Of a DNA stretch of 64,000 nucleotides, positions 1 to 12,974 are shown piece after piece (within the stretch, counting starts at the first letter, position 1; every line of letters begins with the position of its first letter). Where the stretch lies: NCBI RefSeq assembly GCF_004010195.1, contig NC_057752.1, positions 7,154,063-7,218,062 on the forward strand, in the 5' to 3' direction. The translations under genes and the position numbers were made by a program. The DNA is from Chiloscyllium plagiosum. Lineage: Eukaryota. Under the pieces are notes generated by a model. That model was not told where the DNA came from and did no database searches. It saw only the letters and a program-made list of their open reading frames with translations.

Positions 1-1111
1 TCCTGCTTTTCAGCCTTCTTCCTAGTTCTCCGAAGTCCTGCTGTAGTATGTTCCTCTTCTTCCCGACATCATTTGTGCCGACATGTACCACCACCTCTGG
101 CTCTTCACCCTCGTCCTTGAGGATTTCCTGCACTCTGTCCGCGATGTCTTTCACCCTGGCACCAGGAAGGCAACACACCATTCTTAAATCCCGTCTGCTG
201 CCACAAAAACCCCGGTCAGTTCCTCTCCGGTAATAGGATGGAGTCCCCTATTACCACGGCTCTGTGCAATGTCCGACTCTTCCGCTCTGCCTCTGCGCCA
301 ACTTTTGATTGACAAATCTGGCCGCCTTGCGAACTGGCAGTGTCATCAGTCTCTACTGTTTCCAAAAGCTTCAACTCGTTCCTGATAGGTACTTCTCCCG
401 GAGTCTCTTGCACCTGTCTCCTCTCTGCCTTCCTCATCGTCTGCTCTCTTCTGGCATGATTGGTGTAATAATCTCACTGAAGGTCTTGTCCAGAAAGATC
501 TCTTACTCTCGAATGAGCCCAAGGTCCTCGAGTTCTTTCATCATCGCTGCAATATGCTCGGTCAATAGCTGAACGTGCACACACTTTCCACACATATACG
601 AGCCAGACACACCAGAGTCATTGACCTCCCACATCAAGCACGTAGTGCACTGAACCAGCTGGGCAATCATGTCTTCACCCTGTTCAACTGTGGCGTAATC
701 ACTTCACTCAACCTCCTTGTCAAAGATTCCTGAGCTGAAGCCTCACTCTTCGATCCAAACTTCCTTAGACCCTCTTTTTGTGGCAAGTCTGTGGACTCTT
801 AATTTAGGTTAGAGGAGGAGGGAGGGAGGGAGACCCTACTTTGTAGGACCTGGGGTTTAGAACTCACCCTCTCTAATAGCAATCACTTACCTTCTTGACC
901 GGCTTTGCGCTCGGCCTGAACTTCCGCCCAGCTCCCGCCGCTCTCTGCTGCGAAAAGACCATTGGCGTCGAGGAGGGAGGGAGGGAGACCCTACTTTGTA
1001 GGACCTGGGGTTTAGAACTCACCCTCTCTAATAGCAATCACTTACCATCCTGACCGGCTTTGCGCTCGGCCTGAACTTCCGCCCAGCTCCCGCCGCTCTC
1101 TGCTGCGAAAA
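1..1111 (-). mobile_element. CR1-type LINE 5' part: 5'UTR plus disrupted ORF1 (zinc finger, coiled coil, SGNH esterase); runs off the window start
   Basis: ATG at 670 gives MIAQLVQCTTCLMWE...MCGKCVHVQLL; downstream AVVIGDS, VCCLPGARVKD and VVVHVGTND, with stops and frameshifts. Confidence 0.85.
815..1111. repeat. Tandem duplication with 155-bp period (815-969 and 970-1111)
   Basis: Direct comparison shows 2 mismatches over the 142 shared bases. Confidence 0.95.
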
Positions 1112-1114
1112 AAA

Positions 1115-2915
1115 TATTCTAGAGTTTCTGGAAGCTTTCCTATGGATTGGATGGTAACTAATATAAGCTTAGTATTTGAAATAGGAGGAGAGCAAAAACA
1201 GGGAATTATAGACTGCTTAACCTGTCATCGGGAATAAGGAAAGTGCTAGGATCCATTCTAAAAGATTTAGTACAGTGATAGGATCGGACAGAGTCAGCAT
1301 GGATTTACAAGAGGGAAGTTGTGTATGACAAATCTACTGGAATTTTTTGAGGATGTAAGGAGGGGGGAGCCAGTGGATGTGGTTTACTTGGATTTTCAGA
1401 AGGCTTTTGATTAGAAATCAACGTAAAATTAAAGTACATGGGATTGGAGGTAGTGTTACTGACAGATAGAGAATTGTGTGTCAGACAGGAAACAAAGAGT
1501 AGGAATAAACAGGCCTTTTTCCCAGTGGCAGACAGTGATTGGTGGGGTACCACAGGGGTCAGTGTTTGGAACCCAGCTATTCACAATATATATTAATGAT
1601 TTAGATGATGGATCTAAATATAATATCTCCAAGTTTGCAGATGACACAAAACTGGATAGGAGGATGAACTGTGAGGAGGATGCAGAGATGCTACAGTGTG
1701 ATTTGGATAAGTTGAGTGTGTTGGCAAATGCATGGCACATGCAGTATAATGAGGATAAACATGAGGTTATCCACTTTGGTAGCAAAAACAGGAAGGCAGA
1801 TTATTATCTGAATGGTGATAGATTGGGAAAGGGAGAGGTGCAATGAGACCTTGCACACCAGTCACTGAAAGTAATTGTGTAGGTACAAGAGGTAGTGAAG
1901 AAAGCAAATGCTATGTTGGCCTGATATGTTGAGACTGGTTTGGTTAGGCCTGGGGTTTAAAAGAATGTGAGGGGATTTCATAGAAACTTATAAAATTCTA
2001 ACAGGACTGGACATAGTAAATGCAGGGAGGATGTTCCATTGACCAGGGAGTCCAGAACCAGGGATCACAATCTAAGGATATAGGGTAGGCCATTTAGACT
2101 GAGATGAGGAGAAATATCTTCACCCAGCATTTTCTGCCACAGAAAATGGTTGAGGGCAAAACATTGAATGTTTTCAAGAAGGAATTAGATATGTTTAGAG
2201 TCATAGAGATGTACAGCACGGAAGCAGACCCTTCAGTCCAACTCGACCATGCTAACCAGATATTCCAACCTAATCTCGCCTCTTAGGTCTCTTTTATATC
2301 TTACCCTAAGCATAAGCCCTCTAGTTCTGGACTCACCCACCCCAGGGCAAAGACTTTGTCTATTTATCCTACCTATGCCCCTCATGATTTTATAAACCAC
2401 TATAAGGTCACCCCCTCAGCCTCCAATGCTCCAGGGAAAACAGCCTCAGCCTATTCAACCTCTTCCCTACAGTTCAAATCCTCCAACTCTGGCAACATCC
2501 TTGTAAATCTTTTCTGAACCCTTCCAAGTTTCACAACATCCTTCCGATAGGAAGGAGACCAGAATTGCATGCGACATTCCAAAAGTGGCCTGACCAATGT
2601 CCTATGCAGCCGCAGCATGACCTCCCAACTCCTGTACTCAATACTCTGACCAATAAAGGAAAGCATACCAAACACCACCTTCACTATCCTATCTACCTGC
2701 GACTCTACTTTCAAGGAGCTATGAACTTGCACTCCAAGGTCTCTTTGTTCAGCAACATTCCCTAGGACCTTACCATTTCTTGGGACTGAAGGAATCAAAT
2801 GGTATGGGGGAGAAAGCAGGAACAGGGGACTGAGTTGGATGATCAGCCATGATCATACTGAATGGAGGAGCAGGCTTGAAGGGCCGAATGGCCTACTCCT
2901 CCTATTCTCAATGTT
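1115..2915 (+). mobile_element. Decayed CR1 RT and 3' tail, interrupted by an antisense CR1 3' fragment (~2196-2777)
   Basis: GVPQGSV and KFADDTKL motifs in ORF 1478-1846; CR1-type 3' tail at 2780-2915. Confidence 0.9.
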
Positions 2916-2936
2916 CCTTTATTGGCAATGGGGATA

Positions 2937-3230
2937 GAACCTTCCAAACCTATGACCTCTACTGTCTAGAAGGACAAGATCAGTAGACACATGGAAACAC
3001 CACCCTCTGCAAGATTCCCTCTAAGCCGGACACATTCCTGACTTAGAAATATGTCACTGTTCCTTCACTGTCACTGGATCAAAGTTCTGGAACTCTCACC
3101 CTAACAGTGCTGTGGGTCTACCTACCCCTAAGGACTGCAGTGGTTCAAGAATATAGTTCACCACCATCTCTGGGTGAATTGGGTATGGGTAAGAAATGCT
3201 AGCCCAGCCAGTAATACCCACATCACATAA
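2937..3230 (+). mobile_element. L2-like LINE 3' end fragment
   Basis: Shares sequence with 25320-25605 and 63715-64000; family assignment is from recall. Confidence 0.6.
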
Positions 3231-3662
3231 AGTTCTAATTCTACCAAATTTTTTTAGTGCAAATTCAGCTTTATATAAGTGATGGCACGATATCCCAGAC
3301 TGCGTTTAACCTGAATTGGCTACTGTTTGTCTTTTGAAGTCTAAATTGATCTAAACTAGACAAACATGGATGAATCTGCTTCTGAATGGGGCGATTTTAT
3401 CAATTGCATCAGATCATTTCTAGATACTCCCACCACCTGTGAAAACAGCCAAATGGGCTCCTCCTCCTTCTTGTTGGGCTACACACAAGTAAAAACAAGT
3501 TGAGGGAAGGAACTGGCGGCTCACAAGAGCCCATGGATGTCCATGAGTTGGGACCTTCTGGACAAGGACATGGATCTGGTTGTGGATTGTTGGTGGGGTT
3601 GGGGCTAGTCTTGGCTGCAATAGAACATTGTGTAACACTTTTTTTAAAATAATCTTTTCCAG

Positions 3663-3691
3663 AGAAACAAGAGATGATGTCCTGGAACATG
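3663..3691 (+). CDS. MCRS1: MCRS1 29-nt coding micro-exon (ETRDDVLEH)
   Basis: ttttccAG|A GAA ACA AGA GAT GAT GTC CTG GAA CAT G|GTaggt. Resembles MCRS1 DMRDEVLEHE, and the phase joins the next exon. Confidence 0.88.
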
Positions 3692-4549
3692 GTAGGTTGC
3701 TAAATTACCGTTAGTGGTGATGAAATGTTTGCTGATAAAATGAATTTAAAGGAGAGCCCACAACAAGATCGTCGTTCCTGCTATGTCAGTGTATGTTGAA
3801 CCCTGATTTGGGATTGGTGCTTGTCACAGGATTATCTTGTCAACTCATTTCAACCTTGAGTTCAGCTATGAATGTTCTGAGATATTTAGGTGGCCGTGTC
3901 CAATTATTCATTTGTCCTGGGGAGATATTCACATAAGAGACTGGGATTGTCATTGTGCTGCTCTTTTTGTTTTAAATGCAGCTCTGAATGATAGGGATGC
4001 CATATAATTCACACCGTCTCATTTAAACTTATTAGGTGTCAGTTGAACTTGTATAATTGGTATCTAACAATAAGGATCAGATACTTTTGGGAGCTTTGTG
4101 TTTGTTTGTTTGGTTTTCATGGATTTCATTTGTTATTGAAAGTATTAAAGAGGCAATTGTCAAACTGGTCCTGTGGAGTTCTTTAATGCTGATTTTATTC
4201 TATGGGATAGGCTTCCAGGCAAGGAAGCAAATGCTCTGAAATTGTTAGCTGCAGTGGAGTGTGTGGTGTAAGTGTGGATTGGATGGAGGGGCTGAATGAC
4301 TTGATTTATCTAATAATTTGCTTGTTTGGTGATCTTATAGCATAGAATGGGAAGGATTTACTCCATGCTGATGAAAATGCCTATTAATGTTATAGAGTCA
4401 TAGAGTCATACTGCACGGAAGCAGACCCTTCGATCCAACATGTCCATTTCGCAGCAAACACATTAATAAGTTTTAAATTTTGCCAGAAAATCTGTGTTGT
4501 GGCATGGTGCTCTGACACCTTTTACATTTTTTTTGTGTTTTTGTTCCAG

Positions 4550-4642
4550 AGCTCACTCTCGCAGACCGGCGTCAGAAACGAGAGATTCGGCAGTTGGAAC
4601 AGGAGCTTCCAAAATGGCAGGTTCTTGTGGACAGTGTCACAG
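4550..4642 (+). CDS. MCRS1: MCRS1 coding exon (ELTLADRRQKREIRQLEQELPKWQVLVDSVT)
   Basis: Polypyrimidine tract plus AG acceptor and GT donor; 93 nt, phase 1/1; near-identical to the recalled MCRS1 coiled-coil region. Confidence 0.96.
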
Positions 4643-5121
4643 GTGAAGGAGCGAACAGTGACTAAGCAGATCCCGTTGGCATTGTTGAACCATCTCTGTC
4701 TGGGCATAGCACAGTTTGCACTAAATCTTAGTGTGGGTACTGCAGCCTGAACTAAAAACAGTCACTCCATCAAAATATCACATTGACAATGTTGGGATCA
4801 TTTATGATTTTTGGTAATGGAATTGTTATTCTCCAAAAGGAAGCCATTTGGCCCATCATATCTGCATCAGTTCTCAAAATGGGTATTGTGACTTGATGCC
4901 AGTCTCCTGTCTTTTCCCCCTAATCTTGCACATGGTTTTGTTTCAAATAACTGTCCTTTAGGGAAGGAAATCTGCCATCCTTACCTGGACTGGCCTATAT
5001 CTGCCTTCAGACCCACAGCAATGTGGTTGACTCTTAATTGCTCTCTGACACAGCCCAGCAATTAGGATGGGCAAAAATGCTGGCCAAGCCAATAATCCCC
5101 ATATCCCATGAAAGAAAAAAG

Positions 5122-6447
5122 AACACATGATGCTGTAAAATAGTTCAAAGCCCCACCACAGAAAACCTAGTAAGTTACAGCACATGATCACATCATAAAA
5201 ATTCTACAAGTAAAATATCTAGACCAATCAGGTTAACTTCCGAGATGGGGAAGCTTCCAGAAACAATAATTCAGGATTGAATTAATAGTCACAATGAAAA
5301 GAGGGTTGATTAGGAAAAGCCAGTATGGATTTCTTAAGGAAAAGAGTTGTATTCAACTAACCTGTGAGTTTAGTGACGCGGTAATGCCTTCTTGAATGCC
5401 TCGATTGAACCTGTTTCCTCCACACTTGCACATATTTCAGACCCAAACCACTGTCTGTAAAAGATCTTTTGGAAATTATATTTGCTGTTTTTCCAAATCA
5501 CTTTAAATCCATGCCCTCTGATTCTTGATCCTGCTAAGAGTGGGAATGGCTTCTCACCGTTTATTCTGTCCGGATCCATCATGATTTTGTCAACCTCTAC
5601 CAATTCTTCTCTTAGCCTTCTCCTCTCCAGGGTAAACAGTCCCAAGTTCTCCAGTCTATCTTCATCACTGAAGTTTCTCATCCCTGGAACCATTCTTATA
5701 AATCTCTTCTGCACTCTCCAATGAGTTCACATCCTTTTGTTTCATACCATCTCCATGTTCTCCCTGCCAAAGTGTTATCACCTCACATATCTCTGCATTG
5801 AATTTCATTTGCCACTTTTTGAGTTTTACACTTTTGGGAGTTCTATACTGTCCTCTTTACAGTTTACAATGCTTCTAATCGTGTTTTGCCTGCAAACTTT
5901 GAAATTGTTCTCTGTAGCTCCCAAGACTTGATAATTTATCTGTGTATGTATACATCAGGAAAAGCAAGATGGGAGCTCCGCTACAAATCTTCCAACTTGA
6001 AAACTATCCATTCACCATTTCTGTTTCCCATCACTTAGCCAATATTGTATTTGTACTGCTACTTTCCCTTTTTACTCCATGACCTGTAACTTTTCTCACA
6101 AGTCTATTATGTGGCACTGCATTGAAACCCTTTTGGAAGTCCATTTATACGATATCCACAGCATCACCCTCATCAACTCTCTGTTACCTCTTCACTAAAC
6201 TCACAGGTTAGTTGAACACAACTCTTTTCTTTAAGAAATCCATACTGGCTTTTCCTAAACAACCCTCTTTTTCATTGTGACTATTAATTCAATCATGAAT
6301 TATTGTTTCTGGAAGCTTCCCCGTCTCAGAAGTTAACCTGATTGGTCTAGATATTTCACTTGTAGAATTTTTATGATGTGATCATGCGCTGTAACTTACT
6401 AGGTTTTCTGTGGTGGGGCTTTGAACTATTTTACAGCATCATGTGTT
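5122..6447. repeat. Inverted duplication with arms 5122-5376 and 6192-6447
   Basis: Manual alignment gives about 9 differences in 255 bp. Confidence 0.95.
5377..6345 (-). mobile_element. Decayed CR1 RT fragment
   Basis: QKRFIRMVPG...LGLFTLERRRLR motif in ORF 5370-5714; SQYGFLK-type motif near 6200-6260. Confidence 0.85.
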
Positions 6448-7620
6448 TGAGAATGCCCCACCAGGATTGGTACATGACAGGATTGGTACATGACAAGTCT
6501 TGGTGCTGTGATATTGAATGGCAGAATGCTGGTTGTGTACTCAGGAGTTCCCTTTACTTGCTCTTTTGATTCACTGGTTATTTGTAGAAAGTGGCGGGTA
6601 CAGCCGTAACATAACTTGGCTATAGTGCAATAAGAAATAGGAGAGGGACTCAAACATGACCACCTTATCCAGAAAGGTGCCCATGAGTCATGGCTGTGTT
6701 TAAAATATATTGTATGTGTACAAGGGAAGTAATACTTTTGAAAATTTTTTTGGGGGATGAGTCCAGAAATACGATTTCATTGCTGCCCCAATGTTCATCA
6801 CAACCCCTCTATATCCTTAACCTCTTTCACATTGGTTTCCAAAATTAGCAGGTATTGGCCACTTTTTCTCAAACATAAATGTTACCTATGATCAAAAATG
6901 ACTGTTTCATTATGTTTTGTGTGGTAATTATCTTTTTCAAAACAAGCTGTCATATTTTATCAGAGGTTCATTTTGTCTTTGCTACAATATTATGGGGGTG
7001 GGGGGAATTCTATATGTGCAACTACTAAAACTTTAAAAAGTTGAATTAGCTTTATATATGGTGGACTGGTGGGAAACATTTATAAGATTTTTTTTTAAAG
7101 TGTAAAGTTGCTGAAAATGTTATCATGTGCCCTCAGATCCAGTTTATAGTTTAAACATATACCAATGTTTAGAGGCTGTCTGGTACGGAACAAGCTCAAG
7201 CTGACTGTTTGGAAGTCCTCCTTTAATTTGGTTTGTTTGTATGTGTGGCCAATCAAGTGCTACAGGTGGTGTAGTTGTTGGGAAGAATTGGTTTTGGGTC
7301 CCTCTGGCAATTATTTGATGTTTTTAAAATCACTGATTAGGTCATGGGGAAATTTTGAGTTTTTTTGATGTTTTGAAAGTTGTTTAAAGTAGTATTGGCA
7401 ACATTTTTGTTCGCAAGCAGTATGATGTAAATGACATCAAAATGCATCACCTTGCTAAAATTCAACTATGATTCTCAACTTCTCAAAGAATCAGTTTTAA
7501 AACTTTTATTTGAGATCATGTTTTATAAGGAACATTTAACAATTGTTCATTGTCTTTGTAAGGTAATATTACTACCAGTAAAACCTTATTTATAAAATGA
7601 TCCAACCTTGTTTCCTTAAG

Positions 7621-7703
7621 GTATCAGCTCTCCAGACTTCGATAACCAGACCCTTGCTGTTTTACGAGGCAGAATGGTTCGATATTTAATGAGATCTCGT
7701 GAG
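7621..7703 (+). CDS. MCRS1: MCRS1 coding exon (GISSPDFDNQTLAVLRGRMVRYLMRSRE)
   Basis: AG/GT boundaries, 83 nt, phase-consistent; peptide matches MCRS1. Confidence 0.97.
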
Positions 7704-7904
7704 GTAAAGCAATGTTTTCTTTGATATATAAATGGTTTTAGGATATTGGGACTATTTTTGAAAGAGAAATGCAGATTTCCAGCAGGTAAGTTAGCAACCT
7801 AAGGAGTTGAGTTTCAGTTTTGAACAGGAGTATTCAATGGAGGTATCCATGTCAGACAGACACTGCATCCACCTATTTGTATTTTAGCTCCATTATAAAT
7901 TTTC

Positions 7905-8520
7905 AGAATGGTTACAGCATAGGAGACCATTAGGCCTGTTGTCTGTCAGCTCTTTGCAAGAGCAACTCTACTTTGAGAATCAGCCCAGCTTTTCCGGTCT
8001 ATCCAACTAACACAAGTTCCTCACTCTGGGTCCATTCTCATGCATCTGTTCTGCACCCTCTCTAATACCATCTCATCCTTCCTGAAGTGTGGGGCCTAAA
8101 ACAGGACACAGCACTCTTGTTCAGCTGAATAATTTATTTTACAAATTTATCATAACTTCCTTCTTCAGTATTCAATGCACCTATTTATACATAGCAGAAT
8201 CCTAAATGCTTTATTAACCCTTTCTTAACCTCAATGATTCATGAACCTATGCCTCCGGATCCCTCTGCTCCTGCATCTGCTTGAGAATTATACAGTTTAT
8301 ATTTTCTCTCCAAATTCTTCATACCAAAATAAATGCTATCACACTTCTCTGCATTAAACTTAACATGCCATTTGTCTACCTCTTCTGCTGCCATCTTGTG
8401 AAAATTGTGTTGAAGTTTATCATTATTGGTCCCAATACTTGGAAAGTTTTTTGGCAAGTTTTGTCATCTGAAAATTTTGAAATCGTGCCCAATGTATCAA
8501 AAGTCAAGATACTCCTATAG
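7905..8520 (-). mobile_element. Old CR1 3' fragment
   Basis: KWHVKFNAEKC motif in ORF 8239-8457. Confidence 0.7.
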
Positions 8521-8879
8521 GCAACCTGTTAGTAGGTAAGATATAGATGATATTAAAGAGATGTGCAAGAGCAAGCAGTATCTTCTCTCAGTTGATTTTG
8601 AAAATTCTTCTGAAAACTTTTCACAAAACACTTTGTCTTCTATTTACACTATTACTATCTTGTACAAGCCCCCCACAAGACACGTGCTCTATATAATTCT
8701 TGCAGTGTAATGATTTGTTCCCACATGGCTATTTGTACCTACAGCTCACCAACCTTATTTGCCACACTTTACAGTCAAGCTAATTTGAATCTCATAACAC
8801 TCTTTTTCCCAACTCCAAATAATGCTGTGCTATTTCATGCATTAGTGCTATGTGTGTCTTCTAATTCTGAGAACACTTT

Positions 8880-9390
8880 ATTTCGCCTTGATAATATTGC
8901 CCCCTAATTTGCTGCCAAATACTTTTAATTCCTCCTCAATCATTCAAGATGTTGCTCTGAGATCTATTCAGGTGTAGCCTGTCACGGTCCTAGTATCACA
9001 GAGGCAGCATACCATGTGGATGCATTTCTGTGGTGACAAAAACACTTGTCTGATCCCCTGTCACCATTGCTTCACCCATAAAACCATAGATTTAGTTCAC
9101 TTGCATTCCCCAGATGAACCATCTCTCACACTTGTTTTCAAAAAACTATATTGGTTGGGAGTGCAAATTACGTGGTTCTCCCCACACAGACTGCCTGGTG
9201 GTTATCCGTTCCCTTTGTGTCTGAACACCCTTGAGCCTGGTGGTTATCCAAAAAATGCTCAACTTCACAGACATGCCACAGTGATTCCAGCTGTTGCTCA
9301 AGCTCCTGAACCCAGAACTCGAGATGCTGCAACTGATAGCACTTCCTGAACATATGATTGTCCAGGATTAAAGATCACGAAATGCAGATG
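8880..9390 (-). mobile_element. CR1 ORF1 remnant
   Basis: RKCYQLQHLEFWVQELEQQLESL and a degenerate VCCLPG segment, similar to the ORF1 at 1-670. Confidence 0.7.
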
Positions 9391-9763
9391 GAGGAATCGT
9401 GCAGAAATCAATATACAATATTAGAATTACATTTAATTTGCACCTTGTAATAACATAGGTACAAGTGTAGCTTTTATGCTCATTACCTGATCAGTGGAAT
9501 TCAAGTTCAGGTCAGTGTTATGCTGAAATTTAACAGTCAACCTTGTGTTACCAATTCATTGCCACTCTGCTGGGTTGTGAACACAGAGTTTTAAAAATTC
9601 TGTCGTGAAAGCAAAGTCGCAAATGCTGAAGCTTTAAGGGACTTGAAAAAGTAACTAGATATTTTGATCCCACTCAGTCCAAAATGGTCCCCTGTTTGAA
9701 TATAATCATCACTCTCCATTTTAACAAATGTATTATTATTTCTTCTTCTTCTCTCCAAAAAAG

Positions 9764-9851
9764 ATAACATTGGGTAGAGCCACAAAAGATAATCAGATTG
9801 ATGTTGACCTCTCTCTAGAAGGACCAGCATGGAAAATCTCCAGAAGGCAAG
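9764..9851 (+). CDS. MCRS1: MCRS1 coding exon, FHA domain (ITLGRATKDNQIDVDLSLEGPAWKISRRQ)
   Basis: AG/GT boundaries, 88 nt; FHA GR and ISR motifs. Confidence 0.97.
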
Positions 9852-10781
9852 GTAGTGATGAGCAAATTTTTTGGTATTACTAACTCTATTTTTTTGGCTT
9901 CAGGTTACAACATGTGGCACTGTTGCTATGCCACTCTGGACAGCACACCAGTGGACCAAAATCAGTTTCAGTACTGCATTGCGACTAAATGTCGTTAAAG
10001 TGTAGTAAGTCAGCTCTTGGACATAGTTGCGTATTATGCAACAAATTGAGGGAAAGGCGTTTCAAATAGCAACCTTTTGAGCAGCCTGTTTTTTTTTTCC
10101 TTTTATTTGAATGCAGTATATATTAAACTTGAAACAAGTATACATTTACAACACAGGAAAAAAAATCATGTGCATTTCACTTTGAGAGGAATGGGAGATC
10201 ATAAATTTTGAACCAATTGCTTGCTGCTTTTACACTGATCAATAGAATACATTTTTCAAAAGTAATGTTTGCTACTCAATATCCAGAAAATATATGTCCT
10301 CTGGTTCAGGTTACCTATGACACTGCAATTACTGAGCACACCAGCATGTTCATGCAGTTGTAAAATGTTATAGCACAGAGGGATGCCATTCATACCATTG
10401 TGCCTATGCTAGCATTTTGGCAGAGCAATCTGACTGATTCCTTTCGTGTGTCCCTCCACAAGTGATTCTCTTTTGAAAGAGGCAACCAAATAAGGCTTGC
10501 AAAATTTTGAGAAATGCAAATGTACCTACTATTTTTAATTTAAACTTTACTTTTTTTTTGCAAGTGGGTTAATACTTTGATTTGTAACCAGATTTTGTTT
10601 GATTTTCCCTGTTCTAGTGTGAAGTAGCAGCTAAATAAGAGTCTGTAGCTATTTAAAAGGGCATGGCACCAGACCTGTTGAAATTAATGCTGGATTCATT
10701 GCCTTTTGTGTAGTAACGTGGAATCAAACAGCTGGGGATGATTTTTGCTTTTAAAATAAATTAATTTTGTTTGTCTTCAAG

Positions 10782-10909
10782 GTATAATAAAACTGAAGAA
10801 CAATGGAGACTTTTTTGTTGCTAATGAAGGCCGACGTCCCATCTACATCGATGGCAGGCCAGTACTTAGCGGAAATAAATGGAAGTTGAACAACAATTCT
10901 GTTGTTGAA
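10782..10909 (+). CDS. MCRS1: MCRS1 coding exon, FHA domain (GIIKLKNNGDFFVANEGRRPIYIDGRPVLSGNKWKLNNNSVVE)
   Basis: AG acceptor and GTAAGT donor, 128 nt, phase-consistent. Confidence 0.97.
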
Positions 10910-11398
10910 GTAAGTGTTGCGTGCAAGAGGAGGTGAATTCTCTTGCATTTGTCAGATATTCACTGTATTGTGTGGATCACTGAACATTTTTTTAAAGGGA
11001 TAAGTATGGGCTGTAATTTCAGTGATTGCAAAATCAGCAAGTGCAATTTGAGTCTCGATGTAAATTCAAGATTTTTCACTTGTATGTGTGGCTCATGTGG
11101 TAGATGTCATTCACTTGGATCTTCAGAAAGGTTTCAATTGAGTGAGATAAATTGTAATATCTCTTCTGTGGCACCCACTTAAAAATATTTCTGAATGATA
11201 TGAATTAGGGTGAATCATAATCATTTTACAGCTGCCATAAAGCTCTTGGTAATTGGTAGAAATGCGATTGCTTAGTTTTTGGGGAAGAGTTTAACCAGTT
11301 GTAAAGATGGACAAGACTTTGAACCCAGAAGTAACAAATTTCTAGCATGGAAAACTTATGAAATTTGAGCTTTTTTATTTTCTTCTTTTTTTTTGTAG

Positions 11399-11485
11399 AT
11401 TGCTGGCCTTCGCTTTGTGTTTCTAATTAACCAAGACCTGATTGCCCTGATCAGAGCTGAGGCTGCAAAGATGAACCAGCAGTGA
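11399..11485 (+). CDS. MCRS1: MCRS1 last coding exon (IAGLRFVFLINQDLIALIRAEAAKMNQQ*)
   Basis: Long T-rich acceptor, TGA stop at 11483-11485; matches the MCRS1 C-terminus. Confidence 0.97.
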   Translation: MAGLRFVFLINQDLIALIRAEAAKMNQQ

Positions 11486-12974
11486 GGGGCAGATTCTAGT
11501 TTCTGAAGAAACAGGAAATGGTGTGTGAAAATAATAATCAAGGCATCATTCAATGGCCAGAGATCTGTAAGCATCCTGATCTTTGGACTGTTAGCTGTTT
11601 TATCTAATTTTAGAAGGATTAACAAACACAGGACCAGAGTCATCTGCTGATACTGATGCATATCTGTCAATAGACATGCTATGGACTGTGTTGCTTTTCC
11701 CTCGCATGGGCCTTGATGGACAGAGGGAAAAGAACACAAACCTGACATTTCCACATTTGTGGATGACCCACCTGGAAGATGACTGCAACTAGAATATTCT
11801 TTATCATTTTCACAAATCTATTCATGTGTTGTCACAATTAAGTTTCTAATGACTGTTATTTAATGGAAGTGAACCATGGAATATTAACTCTCTATAATCT
11901 GAGATAAAAGTTACACTTTTGTGTTCAGTTATTTGTTTATAAAAAAGGGTTAAACCTTTTCAAAGTTAGGAAAATCATTCTTTCGAATTCTTTTCAAGTA
12001 CGTGAGGACATTTGCGTTTTCAGCTGCATTATGCATTTAAACATATGCACTCTACTGCGTGCTACTCCCAAAGTTAAAAGTACTAATCTGATTGAGACCG
12101 ACTAGATCTTGCAGCAGAATGGTTTCACAGTCCTCCTGAATTTGAGTTTCAGGAACTTTGGGATGGGGTGGATTCATGCAGTAGAGATTTGACCTCTGGG
12201 ACTATGCTCGGCTTTCCAGAGGTTGCAGGAATCGAGGGGAAGTATAAAGTCACCTTTAATTGAGGACAATAGGAAGTAGCTGAAGATAAGCTAAACTTGA
12301 CTCTTTTTTTTGAAAAACACATCTACTCAGTGATCTCTGTTCTGAATCATAGTTGCACACCTGGTAGGTACTAAACAATTCCTACTACAAGCAGACTTAA
12401 TTATCTTAACCCACAGACCATTACATCTAGTTCAGTTCTCAATCGCTCCCAAGTTAACAACACATTCTTCCTTTGGATCAATGTCCTCTACAAACTGCAC
12501 CAAGTCAGCAAATACGAAGAGACAGAAGGTTATTTGCATTGTATACATTTATGCTGCTGTGCTCCTCCACACGTGCTTCATCCCATGAGGTTCCCTTCAA
12601 ACACTTCCTGTAGTTATTAAAGTCATACTTTCCTCAATCTCGTTTCCCTGGATAAGCACTATCAAAAGCTCCCACAGGGTATAGTTTGCCCCTGCCATGA
12701 TACACTAATAGATGTATCTTAGTTTATGATCAGTGAGAATACTTCTAAAGAGCAAAGGGACAATTATATGGTATTAACTTAGTACTGCTACAATTTGCCT
12801 GAAAATCTTTTAACTGTGCCTTAGTACACTATGATACCTTTATTCCGGGAAACACTCATTGTACAAGTTCATCTTGCAGACCACTTCTGTTAATTTATCA
12901 CCCACAATTATTACAATAGGATTTGTAACAAAAAGAAATAATTTCTGCTTAATGATCTATCTAGTGGTACTTTT

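Noticed and set aside
3717..3806. Possible intronic C/D snoRNA (GTGATGA at 3717, CTGA at 3803)
   Set aside because: No terminal stem, only 25 nt from the donor, and no recognisable rRNA or snRNA antisense element.
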